A stretch of 32,000 nucleotides of DNA. It comes from Methylorubrum extorquens (GTDB lineage: Bacteria; Pseudomonadota; Alphaproteobacteria; Rhizobiales; Beijerinckiaceae). The translations under genes were made by a program, and so were the position numbers. Location of the stretch: contig LT962688.1 of NCBI GenBank assembly GCA_900234795.1, positions 2,730,001-2,762,000 on the forward strand. Reading direction: 5' to 3'. The notes below the pieces were generated by a model that made no database searches, was not told the DNA's origin, and saw only the letters and a program-made list of their open reading frames with translations. Every line of letters begins with the position of its first letter. Positions within the stretch are counted from its first letter, which is position 1. This document shows positions 7,666 to 17,089 of this stretch, in pieces.

Positions 7666-8436
7666 GTGGCGGATCTCAACCCGCTGCGGCTGGACGGCCG
7701 TCACATCCTGGTGACCGGCGCGAGTTCGGGCATCGGGCGCAGGACGGCCCTGATGCTGCACGCGCTTGGCGCCAGCCTGTCGGTGGTGGACCGGGATGAG
7801 GCGGGACTCGCTTCCCTCGATGCGGAACTCTGTGCAGGCAAGGGGGTGGCCCGGCAAGTGGCAGACCTGTCCGACATTGCAGGCATTGAGGAGTTGGTCA
7901 GCCGTTGCGTCGCCGCTGGCGGAAAGCTGCACGGTGTCGTGCATTGCGCCGGCATCCAGGAGATCATGCCGGTAAGAACGCTGCAGATCGACGGCTGGCG
8001 GCGGATCTTCGCGGTCAACACTGAGGCAGCCTTGATGCTTGGCAAATGCCTGTCGAGCAAGAAGGTCTATGCCGGCAATCACGGCTCCATCGTGTTCATT
8101 TCGAGCGTGATGGGGATGGTCGGCTCGGCCGGGGCCGTCGCCTACTCGATGAGCAAGGCGGCCCTGGACGGAATGGCCCGGTCCCTGTCGCTCGAACTCG
8201 CGCCCCGCGGTATCCGCGTCAACTGTATCGCGCCCGGCTTCGTGCGGACCCCACTCTTCGAACAGACCGAGAGATTGTGGGACGAAGCGACAAGAAAGGC
8301 TGTCGAGGATCTGCATCCGCTCGGTTTTGGCGAAGCAGAAGACGTCGCTCATGCCGTGGCCTTTCTTGTCGCTGATACCGGTCGCTGGATTACCGGTTCG
8401 ACATTGGTCGTTGACGGTGGTTACTTGGCGCGCTGA
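7666..8436 (+). CDS. Short-chain dehydrogenase/reductase (FabG-like 3-oxoacyl reductase)
   Basis: GTG 4 nt after the ACP stop. TGASSGIGR cofactor motif, catalytic YSMSKAAL (Y-x3-K), IAPGFVRTP, C-terminal GSTLVVDGG. Confidence 0.85.
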   Translation: MADLNPLRLDGRHILVTGASSGIGRRTALMLHALGASLSVVDRDEAGLASLDAELCAGKGVARQVADLSDIAGIEELVSRCVAAGGKLHGVVHCAGIQEIMPVRTLQIDGWRRIFAVNTEAALMLGKCLSSKKVYAGNHGSIVFISSVMGMVGSAGAVAYSMSKAALDGMARSLSLELAPRGIRVNCIAPGFVRTPLFEQTERLWDEATRKAVEDLHPLGFGEAEDVAHAVAFLVADTGRWITGSTLVVDGGYLAR

Positions 8437-8454
8437 ACTCTTGGAAAAAGCCTG

Positions 8455-9216
8455 ATGTCTGAGCCGCCCGCACCTGCAACCTACGTCCTGATCACGGGTG
8501 CATCGTCCGGCATCGGCCGCGATATGGCGATTTCACTGTCCGGCGAGCACAGACTGATCCTCAACGGCCGTGATGCGGAGCGCCTCGAACAGACACGGCT
8601 GGCGTGCCAGGCGCCTGACCGGCACCGGTGCTGGCCGCACGACCTTGCGGATGTCACGACGCTCGCTTCAGCGCTGCCCGCCTTCCTGCGGCAGCACGAC
8701 GCCCTTGTCGTCGGCTTCGTGCACTGCGCGGCGCAACTGAAGGTGCTGCCGTTGCGCAGCATTACCATCGCGCATGCCCAGGACGTGATGAACACGAACG
8801 TGCTCGCAGCATTGGAGATCACGCGGCTTTTGCTGCGCAAGGACGTCAACAGCAAGATGTTGACGAACATCGTGTTCGTCTCGAGCATCGCCAGTCAGTT
8901 CGGCGCCAGGGGGTTCACCACCTATTGCGCCAGCAAGGCTGCGCTGGACGGCCTGATGAAGGCGTTGGCCGTGGAACTCGCGCCAGGGGTGCGGGTCAAC
9001 TCCGTATTGCCGGGCTCCATCCGAACGCCCATGACCGAAACCATTTTTGCTGATCCGGTGACAGCCGAGCGCTTGGTGAAGGATTATCCGCTCGGCATCG
9101 GCCTGCCTTCCGACATCACGCATGCGGTTATTTTCTTGATGTCTGATCAAGCGCGCTGGATCACCGGTCATCAGATGGTTGTCGATGGCGGTCGTTCGGC
9201 AAATATCTCCGCATGA
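8455..9216 (+). CDS. Short-chain dehydrogenase/reductase (second copy, divergent)
   Basis: ITGASSGIGR, YCASKAAL (Y-x3-K), VLPGSIRTPM, GHQMVVDGG. Its sequence clearly differs from the upstream SDR. Confidence 0.85.
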   Translation: MSEPPAPATYVLITGASSGIGRDMAISLSGEHRLILNGRDAERLEQTRLACQAPDRHRCWPHDLADVTTLASALPAFLRQHDALVVGFVHCAAQLKVLPLRSITIAHAQDVMNTNVLAALEITRLLLRKDVNSKMLTNIVFVSSIASQFGARGFTTYCASKAALDGLMKALAVELAPGVRVNSVLPGSIRTPMTETIFADPVTAERLVKDYPLGIGLPSDITHAVIFLMSDQARWITGHQMVVDGGRSANISA

Positions 9217-9842
9217 AACCTTTCGTCATCGTCGGCGCCGGCGGCCTCGGGCGCGAACTGTTGGGCTGGATCGCGAATTGTGGCCCCGATACTCGCAGGC
9301 GCTTTCAGGTGGCGTCCTTCATCTCGGAGTGGAAGGACGCTGGAAGCCTCTGTCACGGTGTTCCGGTCTGTCACCCCAACGATTGGAGGGGTCCTGCTCC
9401 CCGTTTTGTCATCGGCCTATCCGACCCAATCGAAAAAAAGCGCATCGCGCTATCCCTGCAGGCGCGCGGATGGGAGGCAGAGACGTTCATTCATGACAGC
9501 GTCGCATCCGGCTTGGCTCCGAAGATCGGTGCCGGAACGGTGATCTGCCCGCGTTGCTGCATCTCGACCGATTCTGAGATCGGCGAGCATGTATTGATCA
9601 ACTCTGCCTCCGGCGTCGGCCACGATGCCATCGTTGGCGATTACACTTCGCTGCTCGGTGCAGTGAGCATCAACGGCAATGTCACGGTCGGAGAAGGCGT
9701 TTTGTTCGGAGCCGGGAGCATGGTTCACCCCGGCAAGAAGATCGGCAGCTGGTCTACAATCGGTCTTGGGAGCGTTGTAATTCGGAATGTGCCCGACAAA
9801 GCAGTCATGTTCGGCAATCCGGCCCAGCGCATTGATGCCTAG
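9213..9842 (+). CDS. NeuD/PglD/VioB-type left-handed beta-helix (hexapeptide) acyltransferase
   Basis: ATGA overlap with the SDR stop. N-terminal Rossmann-like MKPFVIVGAGGLGRELLGWI (PglD_N type). C-terminal hexapeptide repeats (IGEHVLINSASGVGHDAIVGDYTSLLGAVSINGNVTVGEGVLFGAGSMVHPGKKIG). Confidence 0.8.
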   Translation: MKPFVIVGAGGLGRELLGWIANCGPDTRRRFQVASFISEWKDAGSLCHGVPVCHPNDWRGPAPRFVIGLSDPIEKKRIALSLQARGWEAETFIHDSVASGLAPKIGAGTVICPRCCISTDSEIGEHVLINSASGVGHDAIVGDYTSLLGAVSINGNVTVGEGVLFGAGSMVHPGKKIGSWSTIGLGSVVIRNVPDKAVMFGNPAQRIDA

Positions 9843-9926
9843 CACTACCTGGACGCTTTGGGTGAGGTTGCAAATTCCAATCTGATCCACCCCCATTGAA
9901 ATGGCCCGCCCTGAGGTATGGCTTTT

Positions 9927-10095
9927 TGAGCGAGTGGGGCTGACCCTTTTTCTGGTCCAAGTCCTATGCAAGCTTTCGGACTGTGACAGATTACTTAGCG
10001 AAAGCTCGGGGCGTCACGCCATCCAAAGCCGTATGGGGTCGATCTTTGTTGGCGTGGCACCTGCACTTCTCAATTCGCCCACGCGCATCCGCCAC
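9927..10095 (-). mobile_element. Truncated IS3-type (rve/DDE integrase-core) transposase 3' remnant, with possible terminal inverted repeat
   Basis: Hand translation of the minus strand 10092->9991 gives ADARGRIEKCRCHANKDRPHTALDGVTPRAFAK*. This matches the conserved C-terminal end of IS3-type OrfB (A-R-x-x-I-E-x-W-R-x-x-Y-N-x-x-RPH-x-x-L-x-x-x-TP-x-x-F), with W->C and Y->A degeneration. No upstream catalytic region is present. TGAGCGAGTGGGGCTGACCC at 9927 (TG... end, 64 nt past the stop) could be the IR, but this is speculative. Confidence 0.5.
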
Positions 10096-10115
10096 CGACC
10101 CTCTGTACGAGCCTG

Positions 10116-11180
10116 TTACGCCGCTTGCTCGAACCCGACGCCCGGTGAAAAGACCGACCCGAACAGATCCTTCGGGTCCTTCGGCTCGGGGATGAGGTCA
10201 AGGCCCGGTCCGGGGCCGGCGATGTCCCTTAGGCAGCGCAGGGCCGAAAAGTCCTCCAGCGCGAAGCCGACCGAGTCGAACAGGGTGATCTCGTCGTGGC
10301 CGACGCGGCCCGGCGCGTCGCCGCGCAGCACGCGCCACAATTCGGTGACGGGATAGTCCGCGGGCATCTGCTGGATCTCGCCCTCGAGGCGCGATTGCGG
10401 CTCGTATTCCACGATCGTGCGGGCACGTGCCACGATGTCGACGTGCAACTCGGTCTTGCCGGGGCAATCGCCGCCGATGGCGTTGAGATGCTGGCCCGGC
10501 TCGACGAGGCCGGGGGTGAGGATCGTGGCGCGGGTCTTATCGGCGGTCGCCGTGGTCACGATGTCGGCGCCCGCCACTGCCTCAGCGATGGAGTGGGCGC
10601 AGACGAGCCGCAACCCATGGCCCTCGAGGTTGGCCCGCGCCTTCGCCATCGCCGCCGGATCGAGGTCGAACAGCCGGATCTCGCTGATGCCGAGTGCGAG
10701 CTTGAAAGCGAGGGCCTGGAACTCGGCCTGCGCGCCGGTGCCGATCAGCGCCATGGAGCGGCTCTCGGGCCGTGCGAGACGGGAGGCCGCGAGTGCCGAG
10801 GTCGCCGCCGTGCGCAGGGCCGTCAGCAGGCTCATCTCGCAGATCAGCAGCGGATAACCGGTCGCCACGTCGGCGAGCATGCCGAAGGCGACGACCGTCT
10901 GCTTGCCGAGACGGGTATTGCCGGGATGACCGTTGACGAACTTGAAGCTGTAGAGCTGCGCGTCCGCGATCGGCATCAGCTCGATCACCCCGCCGGCCGA
11001 GTGGCTCGCGAGGCGCGGGGCGAGATCGAACTCGGGCCAGCGCAGGAAATCGGCGCGCAATTCATCGATGAGGCGACGCAGGATCGGCTCCGGTCCCTCT
11101 CGGCGTAGCAGAGCCGCCATTTCACCACTACCAATATAACGCGTCACGTCCGTCTCCCGAATCTTCCGTGGCGCAAGCAT
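10116..11180 (-). CDS. ocd: Ornithine cyclodeaminase / mu-crystallin family protein
   Basis: HSAGGVIELMPIAD, FKFVNGHPGN, LTALRTAATSALA, Rossmann GTGAQAEFQALAF, NAIGGDCPGKTE. Start set at internal M (MLAPRK...) so that the gene does not overlap the divergent lrp. The exact start is uncertain. Confidence 0.8.
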   Translation of the reverse strand: MLAPRKIRETDVTRYIGSGEMAALLRREGPEPILRRLIDELRADFLRWPEFDLAPRLASHSAGGVIELMPIADAQLYSFKFVNGHPGNTRLGKQTVVAFGMLADVATGYPLLICEMSLLTALRTAATSALAASRLARPESRSMALIGTGAQAEFQALAFKLALGISEIRLFDLDPAAMAKARANLEGHGLRLVCAHSIAEAVAGADIVTTATADKTRATILTPGLVEPGQHLNAIGGDCPGKTELHVDIVARARTIVEYEPQSRLEGEIQQMPADYPVTELWRVLRGDAPGRVGHDEITLFDSVGFALEDFSALRCLRDIAGPGPGLDLIPEPKDPKDLFGSVFSPGVGFEQAA

Positions 11181-11277
11181 GGCTGAGACGAGCGAACAAT
11201 CGACAGCCGGTGAAATGCGAGATCGGGACAGACAATCGACCGATCTGCTAAGCTCGGCTGCTCGAAGTGGAAAGGCC

Positions 11278-11703
11278 ATGCTCGACGCGACCGATCGTCA
11301 GCTCATCGCCCTGCTGCGCACCGAGGCGCGGATGCCGGTGGCCAAGCTCGCCGCGGCGCTCGGCGTCACGCGGGCGACGGTGCGGGCTCGGCTCGACCGT
11401 CTGGTGACGTCCGGAATCATCACCGGCTTCACCGTCACGGTGCGGGACGTAGAGCCCGGAGGCGTGCGGGCGGTGACGCTGATCGAGGTGGATGGGCGCC
11501 ATGCCGAGAGCGTGATCCGCCGCCTGTCCGGCCTGCCGGAGATTCGGGCGCTTCACACCACCAATGGCCGCTGGGATATCGTCGCCGAGATCGAGGTGCC
11601 GACGCTCGGCGATTTCGACGCGCTGCTGCGCACGATTCGTCAGTTCGAGGGGATCGCCAATTCCGAGACCAGCATCCTGCTCGCGGCCCGGAAGGGCGGA
11701 TGA
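11278..11703 (+). CDS. Lrp/AsnC-family transcriptional regulator
   Basis: ATG at 11278 preceded by GGAAAGG. MLDATDRQLIALLRTEARMPVAKLAAALGVTRATVRARLDRL (HTH) plus a C-terminal RAM/AsnC_trans_reg-like domain. Divergent from ocd. Confidence 0.85.
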   Translation: MLDATDRQLIALLRTEARMPVAKLAAALGVTRATVRARLDRLVTSGIITGFTVTVRDVEPGGVRAVTLIEVDGRHAESVIRRLSGLPEIRALHTTNGRWDIVAEIEVPTLGDFDALLRTIRQFEGIANSETSILLAARKGG

Positions 11704-11787
11704 GCCAGGGGCACCTCGTGTGACGCCCGGTCACGCATCGTTCTCGGTCCGGCCACGAAGGCGCGGCGGGAACGCTGCCGGTGCCGC

Positions 11788-12246
11788 TTAAGCCGGCACG
11801 CCGTAGATCGCGGTGGCGCGGCCCTCGAACGCATCGGTGAACTTGCGGAAGGCGCGGTCGAACATCGTGCCCATGAGAAGACCCAGGGTCCGGCTCTTGA
11901 ACTCGTAGGTGATGAAGAAATCGACCTCGCAGCCGCCGCCCTCCGCATCGCGGAAGGACCAGCGATTCTCCAGATGCCTGAACGGACCGTCGATATATTC
12001 GGCGACGATCTTGCGGTTCTCGCGGTCGAGGCTCACGCGGGTGGTGAAGCGCTCGCGGATCGCCTTGTAGCCAACACCCATCTCGGCGACCCGCACCGTC
12101 GTGCCGTTCGGCCCCTCCGCGTCGCGCAGCACCCGCAGCGATTCGCAGAGCGGCAGGAACTCGGGATAGCGCTCGACATCGGCGACGAGGTCATACATCT
12201 GCGTCGCTGAGTGACGCACTTTCCTCGTGATGCGGAAGGATGGCAT
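11788..12246 (-). CDS. SRPBCC-fold protein (RatA / COQ10-like START domain)
   Basis: 152 aa. MPSFRITRKVRHSATQMYDLVADVERYPEFLPLCESL is the typical N-terminus of this family. Sits directly downstream of lipA, as is common in alphaproteobacteria. Confidence 0.8.
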   Translation of the reverse strand: MPSFRITRKVRHSATQMYDLVADVERYPEFLPLCESLRVLRDAEGPNGTTVRVAEMGVGYKAIRERFTTRVSLDRENRKIVAEYIDGPFRHLENRWSFRDAEGGGCEVDFFITYEFKSRTLGLLMGTMFDRAFRKFTDAFEGRATAIYGVPA

Positions 12247-12252
12247 TCGGGC

Positions 12253-13272
12253 TCAGGCGTTGACGGCGCGGATGCTGGCAGCCACCGGCGCGGTTCCGAG
12301 CTTGGCCAGACGAGCCGCCTTCAGCCGGGCGAAATCCTCGCCGGCGTGATGCGACGAGCGCGTGAGCGGCGTCGCCGAGACCAGCAGGAAGCCCTTGGCA
12401 TAGGCCGTGGTCTCGTAGGCTTTGAACTCGTCCGGCGGCACGAAGCGCACGACCTCATGGTGCTTGCGGGTCGGTTGCAGATATTGGCCGATGGTGAGGA
12501 AGTCGACCTCCGCCGAACGCAGATCGTCCATGAGTTGCACGACCTCGTTCCGTTCCTCGCCGAGGCCGACCATGATTCCGGACTTGGTGAAGATCGTCGG
12601 ATCGAGCTCTTTCACGCGCTGCAGCAGGCGCACCGAGTGGAAGTAGCGGGCACCGGGCCGCACGGTCACGTACTTGCCGGGCACCGTTTCCATATTGTGG
12701 TTGAACACGTCGGGCTTGGCCGCGACCACGACTTCGAGGGCGCCGGGCTTGCGCAGGAAGTCGGGTGTCAGGATCTCGACGGTGGTGCCGGGGCTCGCCC
12801 TGCGGATCGCGGCGATGGTCCGCGAGAAATGCTCGGCGCCGCCATCCTTGAGGTCGTCGCGATCGACCGAGGTGACGACGACGTGGTGCAATCCGAGCTT
12901 GGCCACCGCCTCGGCGACCTTCTCCGGCTCGGCCTCATCGAGCGCCGCCGGCAGACCCGTGCGCACGTTGCAGAACGAGCAGGCGCGGGTGCAGGTGTCA
13001 CCCATGATCATGAAGGTGGCGTGCCGCTTTTCCCAGCACTCGCCGATATTGGGGCAGCCCGCTTCCTCGCAGACCGTGACGAGGTTGTTGGCGCGGACGA
13101 TGTCCTTGGTCTCGGCCCAGAGCTTCGAACCCGGTGCCTTCACCCGGATCCAGTCCGGCTTGCGCTGGATGGCGGTGTCCGGCCGGTGCGCCTTCTCGGG
13201 ATGGCGCGGACGCGCGGGCGCATCCAGCTTCGGCCGGGTGTCTTTGTTCAGGAGATCGAGGACAACGGCCAT
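12253..13272 (-). CDS. lipA: Lipoyl synthase
   Basis: [13 protein letters not shown] auxiliary cluster motif and radical-SAM [10 protein letters not shown]. 339 aa. Confidence 0.95.
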   Translation of the reverse strand: MAVVLDLLNKDTRPKLDAPARPRHPEKAHRPDTAIQRKPDWIRVKAPGSKLWAETKDIVRANNLVTVCEEAGCPNIGECWEKRHATFMIMGDTCTRACSFCNVRTGLPAALDEAEPEKVAEAVAKLGLHHVVVTSVDRDDLKDGGAEHFSRTIAAIRRASPGTTVEILTPDFLRKPGALEVVVAAKPDVFNHNMETVPGKYVTVRPGARYFHSVRLLQRVKELDPTIFTKSGIMVGLGEERNEVVQLMDDLRSAEVDFLTIGQYLQPTRKHHEVVRFVPPDEFKAYETTAYAKGFLLVSATPLTRSSHHAGEDFARLKAARLAKLGTAPVAASIRAVNA

Positions 13273-13405
13273 GGCGATGCGGGGTGAGCCTCACGGGAGC
13301 CGGACCGGGCAACCCGGCCGCATCCCTGACTTAAGGCCTTGCGGTGCCTGCGCATAGGGCGGGGGCGACAACCCGCCCCGGCCGTAACCCCGTCGATGAA
13401 CCGTT

Positions 13406-14143
13406 CTAATGCTTGTCGCGGGCAGGCGCCGAGGCGTAGCGGGCCGGGCCGGGGATGCGCAGCTCGGGGGCCGTCGGGGCGGTGTACTCGGCGGTCAGCG
13501 TCGGCTGGACGCGGCCGGTGAGCGGAAGGCCGATCATGCCGGAATTCGCGGCGGCGACCTGAAGCGGCATCAGGCGGCCGGTGGCCGTCTGCACCACGGC
13601 GCGGGGCTGGACCGCCGGGAGGTAACCTTCGCGGTCGCTCTTCTCGTAGAAGACGTTGCCGCCGGCCGCGACGACGTAGTGCATGTTGTTGTAGGGGAAC
13701 TTGTAGCCCGCGGTGTGGAAGTGCAGCGCCGGCCCCACCCCGTCGTGGCGCTTGCCGGAGAGCAATGCGTCGGCGACCCGCTCCAGCCGCGGCCGGTCCT
13801 GGTCACGGACGGGCTTCGTCAGCACGCCGTTGGCGAATTGCCGCTTCTGACCGACGACTTCGCAGATCCGGCCGGGATAAGCCGGCGCGTCGAGGCGGTT
13901 CATCACCACCGTGCCGACGGCGAGCAGCCCTTCCTCGTCGCTGCGGTTCGACTCGAAATACATTGCCCGGGCGAGGCATTCCTTGTCGGCAGGGGTCGGC
14001 GGCTGCACGACCTTGGCGTTCATCGCGATGGAGCCGGTGGTCAGCTCAGCCTGATGCGGAAGCAGACCGCATCCCCCAAGACCCGAACCGGTCAGCGCTA
14101 GCCCAGAAAGGCAGAGGAGACGGAGGGTCCGGTCGGCTCGCAT
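13406..14143 (-). CDS. SleB-type cell wall hydrolase, exported (possible lipoprotein)
   Basis: CLARAMYFESNRSDEEGLLAVGTVVMNRL...ICEVVGQKRQFA is the Hydrolase_2/SleB core. Start chosen at M (MRADRTLRLLCLSGLALTGSGLGGCG), preceded by AGGAG. LGGC is a possible lipobox. Confidence 0.8.
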   Translation of the reverse strand: MRADRTLRLLCLSGLALTGSGLGGCGLLPHQAELTTGSIAMNAKVVQPPTPADKECLARAMYFESNRSDEEGLLAVGTVVMNRLDAPAYPGRICEVVGQKRQFANGVLTKPVRDQDRPRLERVADALLSGKRHDGVGPALHFHTAGYKFPYNNMHYVVAAGGNVFYEKSDREGYLPAVQPRAVVQTATGRLMPLQVAAANSGMIGLPLTGRVQPTLTAEYTAPTAPELRIPGPARYASAPARDKH

Positions 14144-14353
14144 GCAGGCTCCTGAAGGCTGACGACGTTGGTAACCAAGCTGGACCATTCCGCCCACAGG
14201 TGCAAAGAAACTGTTAAGCCTGGGCATCGAAACCGGGGTGGTGTGTCGTTTGGCACACGCTCACCCTTCCGCGCTCACACGCGACCGGCATTGAACGGAA
14301 TCGCGACCTTGGGCGTTGACGGCGTTGGATCAGCGTCAGCGAAGGGCCGGGCC

Positions 14354-14569
14354 ATGACGGAAACACGTTCGGAAACGCCCGCCGCTTTCGAAGAGCGGAT
14401 GCGCGCAGAGGCGGCCGCGGCCGGACGCACCGCGCTTGAGGCCTCGCTCCAACGCTTCACCCAGGAACAGCGCGACGCCTTCTGGAACGCGATCGGGCTC
14501 TACTATGCGAGCCGCCGCCATCCGGGCGCCGACGCGGCGGCCGTGCCACTGGCTGCCACGGCCGCCTGA
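14354..14569 (+). CDS. Hypothetical small protein
   Basis: 71-aa ORF from an internal ATG (MTETRSETPAAFEERMRAEAAAAG...), Ala/Arg-rich. No recognisable motif. Only codon-position GC bias supports it. Confidence 0.3.
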   Translation: MTETRSETPAAFEERMRAEAAAAGRTALEASLQRFTQEQRDAFWNAIGLYYASRRHPGADAAAVPLAATAA

Positions 14570-14590
14570 TCGGTCCTCGCGGAGTTTTCG

Positions 14591-15937
14591 ATGCGCACCT
14601 CTGCCAAGGTTGGCCTTGCCGCGCTCGCTGTCGTGCTGCTCGGTGGGGCGGCCTTGCTGCGTTTCGTCGTCTATCCGGAATCCGCTGCGCTCGACGTGGC
14701 GGCGAGCAGCGGGTCAAGTCCGGCCCTGCCGGCGCCGAACCCGACGCTGATGCCGACCGTCAACATCGCCCGCGTGGCGCGCTGGGCGGAGGGCGCCAAG
14801 CCGAACGCCGCGGAGGGCCTGAGCGTCGCCGCCTTCGCGACCGGGCTCGACCATCCGCGCTGGCCCGTGGTGCTGCCCAATGGCGATGTGCTCGTTGCCG
14901 AGAGCCAGGCGCCGAAATCCGGCGATCACTCGACCAGCGTCACCGATTGGGTGGCCGACAAGGTGAAGAGCCTCGCCGGAGCCGGCGGCGCGAGTCCGGA
15001 CCGCATCGTGCTCCTGCGCGACCGGGACGGGGACGGCGTGGCCGAGGAGCGCCACGTCTTCCTCAAGGGGCTTACCTCGCCCTTCGGCATGGCGCTGGTC
15101 GGCTCCGATCTCTACGTGGCCAATGCCGACGCGCTGGTCCGCGTCCCCTACGCCGAGGGCCAGACCGAGATCACGGTGACCCCGGAAAAGGTCGTCGACC
15201 TGCCCGCCGGCATCAACCACCACTGGACCAAGAACGTGGTCGCGAGCCCGGACGGACAAAAGCTTTTCATCACCGTCGGCTCGAACAGCAATGTCGGCGA
15301 GAACGGCCTCGACATCGAGAAGGGCCGCGCCGCGATCTGGGAATACACGATCGCCACCAAGGCGATGCGCGAATACGCCACCGGCCTGCGCAACCCCAAC
15401 GGTCTCGCCTTCGAGCCGGTGACCGGCGCCCTGTGGACCGCGGTGAACGAGCGCGACGAGATCGGCAGCGATCTCGTGCCGGACTACATCACCCGCGTGA
15501 AGGAGGGCGCCTTTTATGGCTGGCCCTGGAGCTACTGGGGTCAGCACTTGGACGAACGGGTGCAGCCGCCGCAGCCGGAGAAGGTGAAGCAGGCGATCGC
15601 GCCCGACTACGCCGTGGGCACGCACACGGCCTCGCTGGGCATCGCTTTCGCGACCGGGTTGAGCCTGCCGGATGCCTGGAAGAGCGGTCTCTTCGTCGCT
15701 CAGCACGGTTCCTGGAACCGTCGGCCGAAGAGCGGCTACAAGGTGATCTACGTGCCCTTCAAGGATGGCCAGCCAGCCGGCGCCCCGGTCGATGTGTTGA
15801 CCGGCTTCCTCAACGCCGACGAGAAAGCCCAGGGGCGGCCCGTCGGCGTGGCGATCGACAAGGCCGACGCGCTTCTCGTGACGGACGATGTCGGCAATGC
15901 GGTGTGGCGGGTGACAGGCGCCGCAGCCTCGAACTGA
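14591..15937 (+). CDS. PQQ-dependent sugar (sorbosone/aldose) dehydrogenase family protein, exported
   Basis: N-terminal hydrophobic signal/anchor ([18 protein letters not shown]). Beta-propeller GSDH-like blocks ([75 protein letters not shown]). Confidence 0.8.
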   Translation: MRTSAKVGLAALAVVLLGGAALLRFVVYPESAALDVAASSGSSPALPAPNPTLMPTVNIARVARWAEGAKPNAAEGLSVAAFATGLDHPRWPVVLPNGDVLVAESQAPKSGDHSTSVTDWVADKVKSLAGAGGASPDRIVLLRDRDGDGVAEERHVFLKGLTSPFGMALVGSDLYVANADALVRVPYAEGQTEITVTPEKVVDLPAGINHHWTKNVVASPDGQKLFITVGSNSNVGENGLDIEKGRAAIWEYTIATKAMREYATGLRNPNGLAFEPVTGALWTAVNERDEIGSDLVPDYITRVKEGAFYGWPWSYWGQHLDERVQPPQPEKVKQAIAPDYAVGTHTASLGIAFATGLSLPDAWKSGLFVAQHGSWNRRPKSGYKVIYVPFKDGQPAGAPVDVLTGFLNADEKAQGRPVGVAIDKADALLVTDDVGNAVWRVTGAAASN

Positions 15938-16102
15938 TCGACGGCCGGCACCTTCCGGCCTGACCGACCCATGACGACGCGCTTCATCCGCTCGTCATCG
16001 CGAGACGTCGGTGGGGCAACACCGACAGGCCGAGATCGTCGATCTCACGCAACGGCGTGTGGCGGGATCATCCGGCCGTCGGCGGCTTAGATGCCCTGAC
16101 CC

Positions 16103-16747
16103 TCAATACAGATCGCCGTACCCGACGCCCGAACCATATCCCTCGTCGAACACATCCGGGTAGCGGCGCCGCACGGGCGCGTAGGCCTCATCCTCCCAGG
16201 TCCGGCCCCGGGAGCGCACGGCGACCACACCCTCGCCGCCGTCATAGCCGCGGCCGGCCGAACGCGCTCTGCCGGGGCGCTGAACGTCGGCGACCGGGGC
16301 GTCGCCGACGCTGCCCTCGATGACGACGCGGGTGTTGGCCATCTTCTGCTGCTTCACCAGCGTGAAGAGCGTCGCGGCATTGCGTTGCGAGAGGCGGACG
16401 CAGCCATGCGAGGCGGCGCGGCCAAGGCGGCGAGTGTGCGTGGTGCCGTGGATCGCGTGGCCGACCTGCGTGAAGAAGATCGCGTGCGGCATCGGCGCGT
16501 TGTCCCACTCGCGGGAGAAATGCGTCTTCTCCATGCGGAACGGGCGATGGCTGCCGTTCGGCGTATCGTGGCCTGCGACCCCGGTCGAGACCGGCCAATC
16601 GTAGCGCGGTGAACCATCGACCACCACGCTCATCCGCTGCGCATCCTTGTCGATGGCGATGAGAAGGTCGGCCCGCGCCGCCGGAGACGCGGCGACGCAG
16701 GCGAGGCCCGCGAGAATCGTGAGGAAAGACAGGCGCATATCGGTCAT
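16103..16747 (-). CDS. L,D-transpeptidase (YkuD domain), exported
   Basis: Signal peptide MTDMRLSFLTILAGLACVAASPAARA. Catalytic region HGTTHTRRLGRAASHGCVRLS (SHGC-V-R-L). The start could be either of two nearby ATGs (16747 or 16738). Confidence 0.85.
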   Translation of the reverse strand: MTDMRLSFLTILAGLACVAASPAARADLLIAIDKDAQRMSVVVDGSPRYDWPVSTGVAGHDTPNGSHRPFRMEKTHFSREWDNAPMPHAIFFTQVGHAIHGTTHTRRLGRAASHGCVRLSQRNAATLFTLVKQQKMANTRVVIEGSVGDAPVADVQRPGRARSAGRGYDGGEGVVAVRSRGRTWEDEAYAPVRRRYPDVFDEGYGSGVGYGDLY

Positions 16748-16825
16748 CCCAGACAACGTTCCTTCGAAGATGCGCCCCACCGCCCCCGCTTCAAGCGGTG
16801 CGTCTTACCGCCACGCCTTAAATCG

Positions 16826-17089
16826 CTACCCATGTGGCCGTCTGTTGCGGACAAAACCGCGCGAGATGAGGCGGCTGTTCTCACGGTCCTGCCGCGCGGC
16901 CTCCATCAGATCGGACAAGGCGTCGGTGATCGCGCAGCGCAACGCGATGCCCGCGTCACCGTCCGTGCTGCTGAGATAGGCCTGCGCAATCTCCTCCACG
17001 GGGCAGGAGGCAACTCGCTCCTGCCCGAGATCGGCTGCGGGTGTGAACGTGCCTCGGCTCCGCTCGGCAGTCTGGGGCTTGGGCATCAT
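16826..17089 (-). CDS. Hypothetical small protein
   Basis: ATGATG at 17089 preceded by GGAGAAAG. 87 aa (MMPKPQTAERSRGTFTPAADLGQERVASCPVEE...). No recognised motif. Confidence 0.4.
   Translation of the reverse strand: MMPKPQTAERSRGTFTPAADLGQERVASCPVEEIAQAYLSSTDGDAGIALRCAITDALSDLMEAARQDRENSRLISRGFVRNRRPHG

Noticed and set aside
9901-10356. 151-aa plus-strand ORF crossing the island border.
   Set aside because: It runs antisense to both the transposase remnant and the ocd 3' end, and its translation is low-complexity. It is better explained by those two minus-strand features.
11181-11279. Longer ocd start at 11279 (MAFPLRAAEL...).
   Set aside because: It would overlap the divergent lrp start and consume the whole regulatory spacer. 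Homology to ornithine cyclodeaminases begins near the internal Met at 11180.
13357-13378. GGGCGGG-n8-CCCGCCC hairpin between the SleB-like gene and lipA, as a possible terminator.
   Set aside because: It has only a 7-bp stem, an 8-nt loop and no U-tract on the relevant strand. Too weak to call.
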